Shown here: positions 45,514-55,329 of the stretch, piece after piece | Position numbering within the stretch: the stretch's first letter is position 1 | Layout of the letters: each line of letters begins with the position of its first letter | NCBI GenBank assembly: GCA_965232985.1 | Contig: CBDDRC010000042.1 | Location: 89,299 to 153,298 of the forward strand | Reading direction: 5' to 3' | DNA: 64,000 bases | Source: an uncultured bacterium | GTDB taxonomy: Bacteria > Pseudomonadota > Gammaproteobacteria > Pseudomonadales > JADFDG01 | Program-made: the position numbers and the translations under genes | The notes under the pieces: model-generated | The model's input: the letters and a program-made list of their open reading frames with translations, nothing else | Told to the model about the DNA's origin: nothing | Database searches by the model: none

Positions 45514-45596
45514 GGCAGGACTCCTGGGGGTCGTGCCGCATTCTAGCGCCTGCCGCGCGTATTCGCTGGCTGGCCCGGCGAGGCATAATCGCCGGC

Positions 45597-46376
45597 ATGT
45601 GCGTCCTGTTTATCGCCTGGAAATCACACCCCCGCTATCGCCTCGTGCTCGCCGGCAACCGCGACGAGTTCCGCGCCCGGCCGGCTGCACCGCTGGCCCG
45701 CTGGAGCCAGCACCCGGACGTCGCCGGCGGCCGCGATCTCAAGGCAGGCGGCAGTTGGCTGGCGGCAACCGCTACCGGCCGCTTTGCAGCCGTCACCAAC
45801 TTCCGGCAAGTGCCGCTGACCGCAGGCCGTCACTCGCGCGGCGCGCTGGTCAGCGACTTCGTTTGCGGTGCCGACACGCCCGCCGCCTTTGTGCGCAAGC
45901 TGGCGATCAACGGCGCGGATTACGGCGGCACCAACCTGTTCACCGGTGACCACGACAGCCTCTGGCACTGGTCCAATCGCGGTGAAGTCACCCAGTTGAT
46001 GGCGCCGGGCCTCTATGGTCTGTCGAACGGCATGCTGGAAGACGATTGGCCGAAGATGCGGCGTGGCCGTGCGGCGCTGCTGCGCCTGATCGCCGCCGAC
46101 ACACTCGACGAGGAGGCCCTGTTCGCCGTACTCACCGACCGCACGCCGGCGGCTGACCATGAACTGCCCGACACCGGCGTCGGCCGCGACATGGAACGGG
46201 CGCTGTCGTCGATCTTCATTGCCGGCGACGACGGCACGAGTCTGAATTTGCCGAATGCCTACGGCACACGTGCCAGCACCCTGCTGCTCATTGGCCACGA
46301 TGGCCGCGTCCGGATGCGCGAAAAGCGCTGGGGCGCCGGCGGCAAATCCGAAGGCGAGAGCAGCCTCACGCTGTAG
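45597..46376 (+). CDS. NRDE-family protein (DUF833)
   Basis: MCVLFIAWKSHPRYRLVLAGNRDEF is the diagnostic N-terminal Cys plus the NRDE motif. Confidence 0.85.
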   Translation: MCVLFIAWKSHPRYRLVLAGNRDEFRARPAAPLARWSQHPDVAGGRDLKAGGSWLAATATGRFAAVTNFRQVPLTAGRHSRGALVSDFVCGADTPAAFVRKLAINGADYGGTNLFTGDHDSLWHWSNRGEVTQLMAPGLYGLSNGMLEDDWPKMRRGRAALLRLIAADTLDEEALFAVLTDRTPAADHELPDTGVGRDMERALSSIFIAGDDGTSLNLPNAYGTRASTLLLIGHDGRVRMREKRWGAGGKSEGESSLTL

Positions 46377-46416
46377 ACCGGCAGATCATGCCGGCAGGCG
46401 CATGCCGTGCATGGCC

Positions 46417-46839
46417 CTACGGGCCGAGGCGAACGCGGGCACGCCAGCGGCGGAAACTGTCCGGGTGCGTCGCGGCGCGCAATACCGCAACGCGTTTCGC
46501 ACCCAGCAGGCGCCGCCAGCCACGGCGTTCGATGAACACGAATACCGCGCAGCTGCCAAACAACGCATAGCCGGCATAGCGGCCACTGCGGGTGCGACCG
46601 TCAGCGTAGTGGAGCAGCACCGTTTCCCCGTCGCCAGCCAACTCAATACGGCGCACGCCCCGGGCAATCTCGTCCAGCCAGACTTTCAGCAGCAAGCCGG
46701 CCATGGCCAGCAGCAACGCAATGCGCAACGCCAGCGGGTGATTCGACACCCATGCGGCAGCGACCGCACACAGGAAGGTGGCGAGCAACACCGAGGCCAA
46801 CAGCGGCGCGGGCTGCAACTCAGCCGACAGCTTCGGCAT
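46417..46839 (-). CDS. YgfX/CptA-like small membrane protein downstream of sdhE
   Basis: Track ORF trimmed to the ATG at 46839 (MPKLSAELQPAPLLASVLLATFLCAV...). It has two TM helices and overlaps the sdhE 3' end by 20 nt. Its position is as in the E. coli sdhE-ygfX pair. Confidence 0.5.
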   Translation of the reverse strand: MPKLSAELQPAPLLASVLLATFLCAVAAAWVSNHPLALRIALLLAMAGLLLKVWLDEIARGVRRIELAGDGETVLLHYADGRTRSGRYAGYALFGSCAVFVFIERRGWRRLLGAKRVAVLRAATHPDSFRRWRARVRLGP

Positions 46840-47089
46840 GGGCCAGCACCTGATCGACCATGGCCGCGAGCGCCGCTGCACCCGGCCGCTCGCAGCGGGT
46901 GAACCAGGCGAACAGGTCGGCGTCCGAGCAATCCAGCAGATCAAGAAAAGCTTCCTGAGCGGCGCGATCGAGCGTATCGAAGCGTTCCGCGCGGAATGGC
47001 GTCAGCAACACTTCCGTTTCCTTCATGCCACGCCGGCAATCCCAAGACAGCCGTTGCAGGCGGTAAGCAAATTCAGCGGCGGATCGCAT
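46820..47089 (-). CDS. sdhE: FAD assembly factor SdhE (YgfY)
   Basis: Track ORF trimmed to the ATG at 47089. It has RLSWDCRRGMKETEVLLTPF, the RGxxE motif of SdhE, and is 89 aa long. Confidence 0.85.
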   Translation of the reverse strand: MRSAAEFAYRLQRLSWDCRRGMKETEVLLTPFRAERFDTLDRAAQEAFLDLLDCSDADLFAWFTRCERPGAAALAAMVDQVLAHAEAVG

Positions 47090-47107
47090 GGCGTCTCTCG
47101 GGGGTGC

Positions 47108-47138
47108 GTCTCTTGACGAAAGAGTCTCTTGACGAAAG
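47108..47138. repeat. Tandem direct repeat GTCTCTTGACGAAAG x2 (period 16) in the sdhE/ygfZ divergent region
   Basis: It is read directly from the sequence (47108-47122 and 47124-47138). Each copy carries a TTGACG (-35-like) hexamer. Confidence 0.85.
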
Positions 47139-47285
47139 CGCCTCGGCAGGCGCGCGACGATTATAAGGCGCGCAGTCGGCCCGCGATTTCCCTTGCGTCG
47201 CGTGCGGCTGAAATCATTCGCTGGTATTCGTATCATCCCCGGGCCGACCAGCCCGTCAGTCATTGCCCACAGAACCCTTGCCGCC

Positions 47286-48170
47286 ATGAAAACCGCTGCC
47301 AGCGCCACCTTCAGCCGCCTGCCTCACCTCGGTGTGCTTGCCATCGACGGCGCCGACGCCGTGACCTTCCTGCAGGGCCAGGCGACCTGCGACTGCCGCC
47401 AGTTGTCCGCCACCCGTGGCGCGCTCGGCGCCCTGTGCAATCTGCAGGGACGGATGATCGTTTCGTTTTATGTGCTCGCCGTGGCCGATGGCCTGCAGCT
47501 GGTGATGCCGCGCGATCGCATCGCGGCCATACTCACACACCTGAAAAAATACGCGGTTTTTTCCAAGGTCACCCTGCGCGATGAACGTGAATCACTGGTT
47601 GTGCTCGGCATGCCCGCTGCTGGCGCGGCCTTTGCTGCCGAGCCCTTCGCCATCACGGTACAAGACGATATTTTCTGCCTGCAATTGCGTGCGCAACGGG
47701 TTCTGGGGCTTGCCCCGGTGTCGCACTTTGCCGCAGCCATCGACGGCAGCGATGCCTGGCGTGCGGCGGCGATCGCTGCCGGCGAATTGCTGATTGATAC
47801 TGCCAATGCCGATCGCTTCCTGCCGCAGGCGCTCAACTATGACGTAATCGACGGCGTCAGCTTCAACAAAGGCTGTTACACCGGGCAGGAAATCGTGGCG
47901 CGCATGCATTTCAAGGGAAAGATGAAAGAACGCTTGCATATTGCAGCGGCCGACGTTGCCGCTGCACCGGGCGCGAACACGGCCATCGTCAACGCGAGTG
48001 GCAAGCCCGTGGGCGAGGTGGTCGACGCCGTCATCAACGCCGGCCATTGCACGCTTGCTGCGGTCATCCGCCACGATGCCGCCCGCACCGAAAACTTGCA
48101 CCTGGGTGACGCACAGGGCGCGCCCATCGTCTTGCGCACCATGCCCTATCTGCTGCCGGATGCAGGCTGA
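47286..48170 (+). CDS. ygfZ: Folate-binding tRNA-modification / Fe-S cluster repair protein YgfZ
   Basis: Track ORF trimmed to the ATG at 47286. It has LAIDGADAVTFLQGQATCD and the C-terminal KGCYTGQEIVARMHFKG motif. Confidence 0.88.
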   Translation: MKTAASATFSRLPHLGVLAIDGADAVTFLQGQATCDCRQLSATRGALGALCNLQGRMIVSFYVLAVADGLQLVMPRDRIAAILTHLKKYAVFSKVTLRDERESLVVLGMPAAGAAFAAEPFAITVQDDIFCLQLRAQRVLGLAPVSHFAAAIDGSDAWRAAAIAAGELLIDTANADRFLPQALNYDVIDGVSFNKGCYTGQEIVARMHFKGKMKERLHIAAADVAAAPGANTAIVNASGKPVGEVVDAVINAGHCTLAAVIRHDAARTENLHLGDAQGAPIVLRTMPYLLPDAG

Positions 48171-48185
48171 AGCAGCCCGTCGTGA

Positions 48186-49097
48186 CTATTTTGCAGAAGG
48201 CTTCGTTACGGAAAGTGTTGCGAACAGTTTTTGGATACTCGAAAAATCGAGATCGTCGGCCCCGGCGCGCCCATGCATGGCATACAGATTGCGCGCCAGC
48301 GCACCCAGCGGCGTGGTTGAACCGGAGGCCTGCGCCGCCTCCATGGCCAAGGAGAGATCCTTGTTCATCAATCGCGTCTTGAAGCCGCCATCGTAGTTGT
48401 GCGATGCCGGCACGTTGTCCATCACGCCCGGATACGGGTTGTACAGTTCCAGCGACCAGTTGCGTCCGGAACTCTTCAGCATGATTTCGCTGAGTGTTTT
48501 TGGATCAAGGCCGTTATCAACACCGAGTTGCAGCGCTTCGGCGGTGCCGATCATGTGAATGGCGAGCAGCATATTGTTGCAGATTTTCGCCACCTGACCC
48601 GCACCGTGACCGCCGGCATGAAACACATTCTTGCCCATATGCAGCAGGAACGGCCGGGCGCGCTCAACGGCATTGTCGTTGCCGCCGCAAATGAACGTGA
48701 GCGTACCGGCCAGTGCACCCGCAACACCACCGGATACCGGCGCATCAATAAAGGCGAGGCCTTGTGCCTGCGCCGCTGCCGCCACCTTGCGCGGCGCCTG
48801 CGGTGCAACCGTGGACGAATCGATCAATAACGCTGTCGGCGCAACCAGCGCCAGAAGATTGCCGCTACCAAGGTAAAGGTCTTCCATCGACTGCGTCGTC
48901 GGCAACATGGTGATCACCACCTGCGCGCCCTGCACCGCCTCGCTGACCGTCGTGCAACCCGTGCAACCGCCTTCCTTCGCCTTCTGCACGGCAGCCGGCA
49001 CCACATCGAACGCGCGCACGGCATGGCCGGCCTTCACGAGGTTGTGCGCCATCGGGCCGCCCATCTGGCCGAGGCCGAGAAATGCGATCGTGGTCAT
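48186..49097 (-). CDS. mmsB: 3-hydroxyisobutyrate dehydrogenase
   Basis: MTTIAFLGLGQMGGPMAHNLVKAGH, and it lies in a valine-catabolic operon. Confidence 0.9.
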   Translation of the reverse strand: MTTIAFLGLGQMGGPMAHNLVKAGHAVRAFDVVPAAVQKAKEGGCTGCTTVSEAVQGAQVVITMLPTTQSMEDLYLGSGNLLALVAPTALLIDSSTVAPQAPRKVAAAAQAQGLAFIDAPVSGGVAGALAGTLTFICGGNDNAVERARPFLLHMGKNVFHAGGHGAGQVAKICNNMLLAIHMIGTAEALQLGVDNGLDPKTLSEIMLKSSGRNWSLELYNPYPGVMDNVPASHNYDGGFKTRLMNKDLSLAMEAAQASGSTTPLGALARNLYAMHGRAGADDLDFSSIQKLFATLSVTKPSAK

Positions 49098-49124
49098 GAT
49101 GCTCTCCTTTGTTTTTCTGTCTGC

Positions 49125-50240
49125 TCAAAGATCCGCAAGCGGATGCGGGTCGAACGGGGCACTGAAGAATTCGTCGAGGTATTTTTGTGGCACCGAGGCA
49201 ACATCCCTGTGCTGCCACTGCGGGGTATTGTCCTTGTCGATCAGCAGCGCGCGCACACCCTCGGCAAAATCCGGGTGCCGCAGGCACTGCACGGCAACAA
49301 TGAGCTCCATACGGAAAACGTCGGCGAGCGACAAATACTTACCGCGGCGTATCTGCTCCCACACCAGCAGCGCCGTTGCCGGGCAACCGCCACGCAGCGT
49401 TTTTTGCGCACGCTGGATCCACGGCTCAGTACTGTCGCAGGCGAGTATCTGCGCGACCACGGCATCGCAGTCGTCAGCGTCGGCAAGTTGCCCGATCAAT
49501 TCGAAATGCGCGCGCACATTCGATAACGGCCGTTCGACGCTGTTAGCACGCTCAAACCGCCTGAGCAGGTTGCCTGTTGTTGCACGATTGAGCGGCACGG
49601 ATTCCGTCCAGCTCGCGGCGACCAGCGCCGCGATAACCGCCTGCCGCTGCGCATGCGCAATAAAGCGATCGGCCAGGCCAAGAAACAACACGTCGGCAGC
49701 ATTGCAGTGCGCACCGGTGAGGCCGAGGAACAGACCAGTACGGCCCGGCATGCGATTGAGGAAAAAACTGCCGCCGACATCCGGAAACAGGCCAATGGTG
49801 ATTTCCGGCATGGCAAAGCGGGTGCTTTCAGTGACTATACGATGTGACGCACCCGCAAACAGGCCAACGCCACCGCCCATGACCACACCGTGCCCCCAGG
49901 CCACAATGGGTTTCGGGTACGTGTGAATGCGGTAATCGAGGCGGTATTCCTGCCCAAAAAAAGATTCCGCGTAGTCGTTGCGTTTGGTCATGCCGCATTC
50001 GCGCGCAGACTCATACAGCTTGCGCACGTCACCACCGGCACAGAAACCCTTGTCGCCCGCGCCGTCGAGCACCACACAGACGACCTGTGGATTGTCCTGC
50101 CAGGCGAGCAACTGGCGATCAAGCAACCCGATCATTTCCAGTGTCAGCGAATTAATTGATTTCTCGGCATTGAGTGTGGCGCGCGCGACGACATAGCCGT
50201 CGGCAGTAGGAATTTCCTCGAACAAAACCGGTTGCGTCAT
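49125..50240 (-). CDS. 3-hydroxyisobutyryl-CoA hydrolase (crotonase superfamily)
   Basis: LNAEKSINSLTLEMIGLL, GDKGFCAGGDVRKL and AWGHGVVMGGGVGL. The length (371 aa) is typical of HIBCH-type enzymes. Confidence 0.8.
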   Translation of the reverse strand: MTQPVLFEEIPTADGYVVARATLNAEKSINSLTLEMIGLLDRQLLAWQDNPQVVCVVLDGAGDKGFCAGGDVRKLYESARECGMTKRNDYAESFFGQEYRLDYRIHTYPKPIVAWGHGVVMGGGVGLFAGASHRIVTESTRFAMPEITIGLFPDVGGSFFLNRMPGRTGLFLGLTGAHCNAADVLFLGLADRFIAHAQRQAVIAALVAASWTESVPLNRATTGNLLRRFERANSVERPLSNVRAHFELIGQLADADDCDAVVAQILACDSTEPWIQRAQKTLRGGCPATALLVWEQIRRGKYLSLADVFRMELIVAVQCLRHPDFAEGVRALLIDKDNTPQWQHRDVASVPQKYLDEFFSAPFDPHPLADL

Positions 50241-50254
50241 GGTGCAGCTTTCCG

Positions 50255-51424
50255 TCAGCGGATACGGGACGCGGCGTCAGCGTCGGCGAGCAGCCGCCTG
50301 GCGACAATCAGCCGCATGATTTCGTTGCTACCTTCAAGAATCTGATGTACGCGCGTATCGCGTACGTGCCGCTCAAGCGGGTATTCGCGAATATACCCGT
50401 AACCGCCGTGCAGCTGCAGCGCCTCGTTGCACACATTGAAGCCGACGTCGGTGGCGAAACGCTTCGCCATGGCGCAGTAGGTCGTCGCTTCCTCGTCGCC
50501 CTCATCCAGTTTCCAGGCTGCCATGCGCACCATCTGCCGCGCCGCAACCAGCTCTGTTGCCATGTCGGCAAGGCGGAACTGCAGCGCCTGGAATTCCGCC
50601 AGCGCCTTGCCGAACTGCTTGCGTTCGTTGAGATAGGCCGCCGCGCGCTCAAGTGCTGCCTGGGCAGTGCCGACCGAACAGGCGGCGATATTCAGCCGGC
50701 CGCCGTCGAGGCCTTTCATGGCGATGCGGAAACCTTCGCCCTCGGCGCCGATGCGCAAGCGCGCCGGAATGCGCACGTTATCGAACGAGATAAGTCGCGT
50801 GGGCTGCGACTTCCACCCCATCTTGTCCTCGTTGCGACCATAGCTGATACCTTTCGCGTCGGCCGGCACGAGGAAACAGGTAATACCTTTCGGGCCATCG
50901 GCGCCGGTGCGGGCCATCAGCACCAGCGCGTCGGTGGCGCCGGCACCGGAAATAAATGCTTTAGATCCGTTCAGCACATAGTCGTCGCCATCCGGCACGG
51001 CACGTGTTTTCAGCGCCGACGCATCGGAGCCTGCGCCGGGTTCGGTGAGCGCGTAGGACGCCAGTTTTTCACCGCTGGCAAGCAACGGCACCCATTCGGA
51101 TTGCACCGCTGCCGAGCCGAAACTGCTCGCCATCCAGGTGGCCATGTTGTGGATGCTGATGTACGCGGTGGTTGAAGTGCAGGCAGCAGACAGCTCCTCA
51201 AACACCAGCGTTGCATCCAGCCGCGACAGCCCCATGCCGCCAAAATCCGGTGGGCAGTACAGCGCGCAAAAACCCAGTGCACCGGCACGGCGGATCACGT
51301 CCACAGGAAAGTGGCTGTTTGCGTCCCACTCGGCCGCAAAAGGTGCCATCTCCTTCTGCGCAAAGGCTCGCGCGGTGGCGCTGATCGCGCGCTGGTCGTC
51401 AGTGAGCTCGAAGTTCATTGCCAC
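50255..51424 (-). CDS. Acyl-CoA dehydrogenase (isobutyryl-CoA dehydrogenase-like)
   Basis: It has an ACAD N, middle and C domain pattern (YALTEPGAGSDA; QLHGGYGYIREYPLER..RD.RV.QI.EG). Confidence 0.9.
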   Translation of the reverse strand: MAMNFELTDDQRAISATARAFAQKEMAPFAAEWDANSHFPVDVIRRAGALGFCALYCPPDFGGMGLSRLDATLVFEELSAACTSTTAYISIHNMATWMASSFGSAAVQSEWVPLLASGEKLASYALTEPGAGSDASALKTRAVPDGDDYVLNGSKAFISGAGATDALVLMARTGADGPKGITCFLVPADAKGISYGRNEDKMGWKSQPTRLISFDNVRIPARLRIGAEGEGFRIAMKGLDGGRLNIAACSVGTAQAALERAAAYLNERKQFGKALAEFQALQFRLADMATELVAARQMVRMAAWKLDEGDEEATTYCAMAKRFATDVGFNVCNEALQLHGGYGYIREYPLERHVRDTRVHQILEGSNEIMRLIVARRLLADADAASRIR

Positions 51425-52918
51425 TTACTTCATCGCGATCGTCAGGTTCGGGCCACTGACGATATCGGTATCGAACCAGCGCGAGGTGATGGTTTTCGTT
51501 TCCGTGTAGAAACGCACGCCCTGTTTGCCGTAGGAATGCAGATCGCCCATGAACGAGCCCTTCCAGCCGGTGAACGAGAAGAACGGCAGCGGCACCGGAA
51601 TCGGCACGTTGACGCCAACCTGGCCGACGGTGATTTCGTGCGTGTACTTGCGCGCCGCAGCACCGCTGGCGGTAAAGATCGAGGTGCCATTGCCGTAGGG
51701 GCTGTTGTTGATCAGCTCAATCGCCTCTTCAAGCGTATCGACGCACACCACGCACAACACCGGCCCGAAGATTTCCTCGCGATAGATACTCATGGTGGGT
51801 TTGACATCCGTAAACAGCGTCGGGCCGATCCAGTTGCCGTCAGGGTAGCCCTGTACCTTGCACTGCGAGCCGTCGAGCAGACAGGTCGCGCCTTCCTTCT
51901 TGCCCTGCTCGATCAGCGTTAACACGCGTTCCTTCGCGCGCTTTGAAATCACCGGGCCGTACGCGGCACCGTTGTCATCCCACATCCCGGGGCGTAGCGC
52001 CGACATCTGCTGTTGCAGCGTGGGAATGATGCCCTTGGCGCTGCCGACCAGCACCGCAACGGAAATCGCCATGCAACGCTGGCCTGCCGCACCGCAAGAC
52101 GCGCCAACCAGTGCGCTCACCACCTGCCTGGGATTGGCGTCCGGCATCACCACCATGTGATTTTTCGCACCGGCAAACGCCTGCACGCGCTTGAGCGCAT
52201 TGGTGCCGGTGCGATAGATATGCTGGCCGACGGCCACCGAACCGACAAAGGAAATCGCCTGAACGTCCGGGTGTGTCAGCAATTGATCGACCTGCTCACG
52301 GCCGCCGTGCACAACGTTCAACACACCGGCGGGAAAACCGGCCTCGACCGCCAACTCGGCGAGGCGCGTCGGCGTCATCGGGTCCTGCTCGGAAGGTTTC
52401 AACACGAAGGTGTTACCGCAGGCGATGGCCAGCGGATACATCCACAACGGAATCATCGCCGGAAAATTGAACGGCGTGATGCCGACACAGACGCCCAGCG
52501 GCTGAAGCACCGAATGCGTGTCGATGCCACCGGCAACGTTCTCGAGTGTTTCGCCCATCAACAACGACGGCACGTTGCAGGCATGTTCAACCACTTCGAT
52601 GCCGCGCCAGACATCGCCTTTGGCATCAGCGAACGTTTTGCCGGTTTCCCTGGCGAGAATTTCACCCAGTTCATCATGATGTTTTTTCAGCAGATGCTGA
52701 TAGCGCAACATCACCCGCGCCCGCTCCGGCACCGCCACATCGCGCCAGGAATTGAACGCATGCTTTGCACTCGCCACCGCCGCCTCAACCTCGCCAGGGG
52801 TGGCCATCGGCACTTCAGCGAGCACCTGCTGCGTTGCCGGGCTTGATACCGGCAGGTATTGGGCGCTGCTGCTGGCAGTGAACTCGCCGTTGATGAACAG
52901 GGGAATCTTGCGGGTCAT
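51425..52918 (-). CDS. mmsA: Methylmalonate-semialdehyde dehydrogenase (CoA-acylating)
   Basis: Track ORF 51425..53221, trimmed to the ATG at 52918 ([13 protein letters not shown]...). It has the aldehyde dehydrogenase Cys motif (GAAGQRCMA) and is 497 aa long. Confidence 0.92.
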   Translation of the reverse strand: MTRKIPLFINGEFTASSSAQYLPVSSPATQQVLAEVPMATPGEVEAAVASAKHAFNSWRDVAVPERARVMLRYQHLLKKHHDELGEILARETGKTFADAKGDVWRGIEVVEHACNVPSLLMGETLENVAGGIDTHSVLQPLGVCVGITPFNFPAMIPLWMYPLAIACGNTFVLKPSEQDPMTPTRLAELAVEAGFPAGVLNVVHGGREQVDQLLTHPDVQAISFVGSVAVGQHIYRTGTNALKRVQAFAGAKNHMVVMPDANPRQVVSALVGASCGAAGQRCMAISVAVLVGSAKGIIPTLQQQMSALRPGMWDDNGAAYGPVISKRAKERVLTLIEQGKKEGATCLLDGSQCKVQGYPDGNWIGPTLFTDVKPTMSIYREEIFGPVLCVVCVDTLEEAIELINNSPYGNGTSIFTASGAAARKYTHEITVGQVGVNVPIPVPLPFFSFTGWKGSFMGDLHSYGKQGVRFYTETKTITSRWFDTDIVSGPNLTIAMK

Positions 52919-53090
52919 GAGCGTCGGTCTCCGCCGGGGTTCGGCATCCGGGTGAACAGGGTATCGGGCGCCGATTTTGCCACCGTCCGGGCGATTGGGC
53001 GATTGATATTCTGGCCGCCATCGGGTTGCCCGTGGCCCCATACCCGCCGGATCCCGGCCGCTACCCGCCGGCACGGGCACGATATGGCGC

Positions 53091-53840
53091 GTGACCGGCG
53101 CGCGGAGCGTAAACTCGCTCACGAGCGAATTATCCGGAGCATGCGTGGAACTCGTTGTCGTCCTCGTCGGCCCGAAATATCCCGGCAACCTTGGTGCCGC
53201 CGCCCGCGCGCTGAAGACCATGGGCTTCGCAACGCTGCGTCTTGTGAACCCCTGTGAGTTCCGTATCGACCCGGCACGCGCTCAGGCATACCAGATGGCG
53301 ATGTACAGCCACGACATCCTCGACAATGCCGGCATCTTTTCCACGCTGGCGGAGGCCGTTGCTGATTGCGACCTGAAAATCGCTACCACCGCGAAATTGC
53401 GTCATCACCGCCACAGCGTGCTGACACCAATACAACTGAAGAACGTGCTGCTCGACAAGCAGGGGATGCTCAGGCGCGTCGCGCTGATATTCGGCCCGGA
53501 AGATACCGGCCTTACCAACGAGCATCTCGATACCTGCGAGCTGCTTACCACTGTGCCGCTCGCTGCCGTGCAACCGAGCATCAACCTTGCACAAGCAGTG
53601 ATGATCTACACATACACCCTGAGCGAACTGCCGGCGCTGACGCGCCATGCGCGCGCAGCAAAAGAGACATCCTATATGGCTGCGACAGAAGAAATCGGGC
53701 GCGTGGCGCGGCAGCTGGGCATTGCGACCGACGAGCGCGTCGCTGCCTGGCTGCGCGAGCGCTTGCCACTGTTGCCGGCGCGCGATTTGCAGATGCTGTT
53801 CAACCTGCTAAAAGCACCGCACGGGCCGGAAAATCAATAA
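53091..53840 (+). CDS. SpoU/TrmH-class RNA 2'-O-methyltransferase (TrmJ/LasT-like)
   Basis: [39 protein letters not shown] and SINLAQAV. The true start may be the GTG at 53145. Confidence 0.8.
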   Translation: MTGARSVNSLTSELSGACVELVVVLVGPKYPGNLGAAARALKTMGFATLRLVNPCEFRIDPARAQAYQMAMYSHDILDNAGIFSTLAEAVADCDLKIATTAKLRHHRHSVLTPIQLKNVLLDKQGMLRRVALIFGPEDTGLTNEHLDTCELLTTVPLAAVQPSINLAQAVMIYTYTLSELPALTRHARAAKETSYMAATEEIGRVARQLGIATDERVAAWLRERLPLLPARDLQMLFNLLKAPHGPENQ

Positions 53841-53907
53841 ATGTGGTAGCGTTTATTGGTTGGGTGGGGTTCAACACACGCTATGCACATGAAGCAAGGA
53901 GGGAGTT

Positions 53908-54390
53908 ATGTCCATTAATCCAGTCACTCGGCTTCGTTTGGAAGAACAGGGGTTTTGCGGTCTTGATGACGCAACATTGGCAGAGGTTGGGCCATGGTTA
54001 AGATGGTCCCCTGTTCTTTGTACGTTCTTCATGATCCTGGGTGTTTCGCTGCAGTCACCCGTGGCGTTGTGGTTGCTCGCGGCCACGGCCTTCCTTGGTG
54101 TGTTCCTGCCGTTCCATCCGTTTGATCTTCTGTACAACTATGGCGTTCGGCATCTCACCGGAACCCGCCCATTTCCACACAACGGCCCGCAGCGCAAGTT
54201 TGCCTGTGGTTTGGCTTCCGCATGGCTACTTGCTACAGGTTGGGCTTTTTACGTGGGCGCGAGCACGCTGGGGTTTGCACTTGGCATTCCGCTCATTCTT
54301 GTAGCGGCGCTGGTTAGCGTCACCAACATCTGCATCCCATCCATGATTTACAACTATCTGTTTAGCAAGCGCGGCTCAGGCAGTGTGTAG
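53908..54390 (+). CDS. DUF4395-family membrane protein
   Basis: A strong Shine-Dalgarno sequence (GGAGGGAG) precedes it. It is 160 aa with 3-4 TM helices and lower-GC codon usage. The family is assigned from memory. Confidence 0.55.
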   Translation: MSINPVTRLRLEEQGFCGLDDATLAEVGPWLRWSPVLCTFFMILGVSLQSPVALWLLAATAFLGVFLPFHPFDLLYNYGVRHLTGTRPFPHNGPQRKFACGLASAWLLATGWAFYVGASTLGFALGIPLILVAALVSVTNICIPSMIYNYLFSKRGSGSV

Positions 54391-54451
54391 TCATGTGCGG
54401 TGCATAACCCTTCGCTACAGGCGCGACGGCCCTGACGGGCCGCGGCCTGAG

Positions 54452-54603
54452 TGTGTAAGCTCCCCCTAACCTTGGACACGCATAAGTAGAGACTTCTGGC
54501 AATATTACCCTTGTCAGGAGATGAAGATGCGCACTTCGAAGTTCACAGAAAGTCAGATGATGGCCGCCTTGAAAATTGCCGGAAACAGGCGGAGGCCCGC
54601 ATG
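54452..54603 (+). mobile_element. Truncated left end of an IS3-family insertion sequence (terminal repeat plus the first ~17 codons of orfA)
   Basis: TGTGTAAGCTCCCCC...GGACACG resembles IS3-family left ends (TG... GGACAC). It is followed by AGGAG and ATG..MRTSKFTESQMMAALK, the typical OrfA N-terminus (M.K.RFTEEQI...LK). Homology is lost after about 54578. Confidence 0.55.
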
Positions 54604-55020
54604 TCAGGCCTTGGCGCCAAACTCAAATGGATTGAGCACGCCAATTCCGAAGGAAGAAAAGTCAGCGACGTTGCGCGTTACGACGGTTAGGCCATGAACT
54701 TTGGCAATCGCTGCAATCATTGCGTCTTCGTACAGCGTGTCTGATTTTCTGTGCATCAGTTTTGCCCAGCAACGAAATGCCGGTCCATCCATCGCCAGCA
54801 CGTTGTAAGAGCCAGTCACCTGATCCAGCCAATGCTCGATCTCTGCTGCCTTCTCGGCGTCCTGCTCTCGGGTCAGCTCTATACCGGCCTGAATCTCACC
54901 GAGGGTTACAGTCGCCAGATGCAGGCTCGCGTCTTCCACGGATTCCAGCCACGCCAATACGGCTCCGTGTGGCCGGGGTTTGCGCAGCTCGGAGACAACG
55001 TTGGTGTCCAGCAAGTACAT
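54604..55020 (-). CDS. vapC: PIN-domain toxin VapC
   Basis: MYLLDTNVVSELRK...TLGEIQAGIE...DAMIAAIAKVHGLTVVTRNVADF. It has all the acidic PIN positions and is intact. Confidence 0.9.
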   Translation of the reverse strand: MYLLDTNVVSELRKPRPHGAVLAWLESVEDASLHLATVTLGEIQAGIELTREQDAEKAAEIEHWLDQVTGSYNVLAMDGPAFRCWAKLMHRKSDTLYEDAMIAAIAKVHGLTVVTRNVADFSSFGIGVLNPFEFGAKA

Positions 55021-55025
55021 CGCAG

Positions 55026-55283
55026 TCACCGCAGGGCTACGGCCTGGCGGCGCCGGGCACGACCTCGTTCCGGAACAAGCATCTCGGTACGCGCCGAGTC
55101 TGCGAGTAGCAACTGTTTAAGCGAGGGGCGGGCGGCGGCCTGCAAGCGGCGCCACTCCTCAATGGGTACCAGCACGGCGGCCTCAGTACCGCGGCGGGTA
55201 ACCATCTGGGGGCCGTCCGTAATGCAGGCATCCAGAAACTCGCTAAACCGGGCTTTGGCGTCCTGAACTGGCCAGATATGCAT
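55026..55283 (-). CDS. Phd/YefM-type antitoxin
   Basis: MHIWPVQDAKARFSEFLDACITDGPQMVTRRGTEAAVLVPIEEWRRL. The Shine-Dalgarno sequence is GGAGA, and the stop overlaps the alternative GTG start of vapC (GTGA). Confidence 0.85.
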   Translation of the reverse strand: MHIWPVQDAKARFSEFLDACITDGPQMVTRRGTEAAVLVPIEEWRRLQAAARPSLKQLLLADSARTEMLVPERGRARRRQAVALR

Positions 55284-55308
55284 GGGGGTCTCCAACCGAA
55301 GCGGCGCC

Positions 55309-55329
55309 TGACTAGGTAGATGACTAGTC
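55309..55329. promoter_or_regulatory. Candidate operator of the phd/vapC operon (TGACTAG n5 TGACTAG, the second copy inside the palindrome GACTAGTC)
   Basis: It is read directly from the sequence, 26-46 nt upstream of the antitoxin ATG on the coding strand. Confidence 0.35.
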
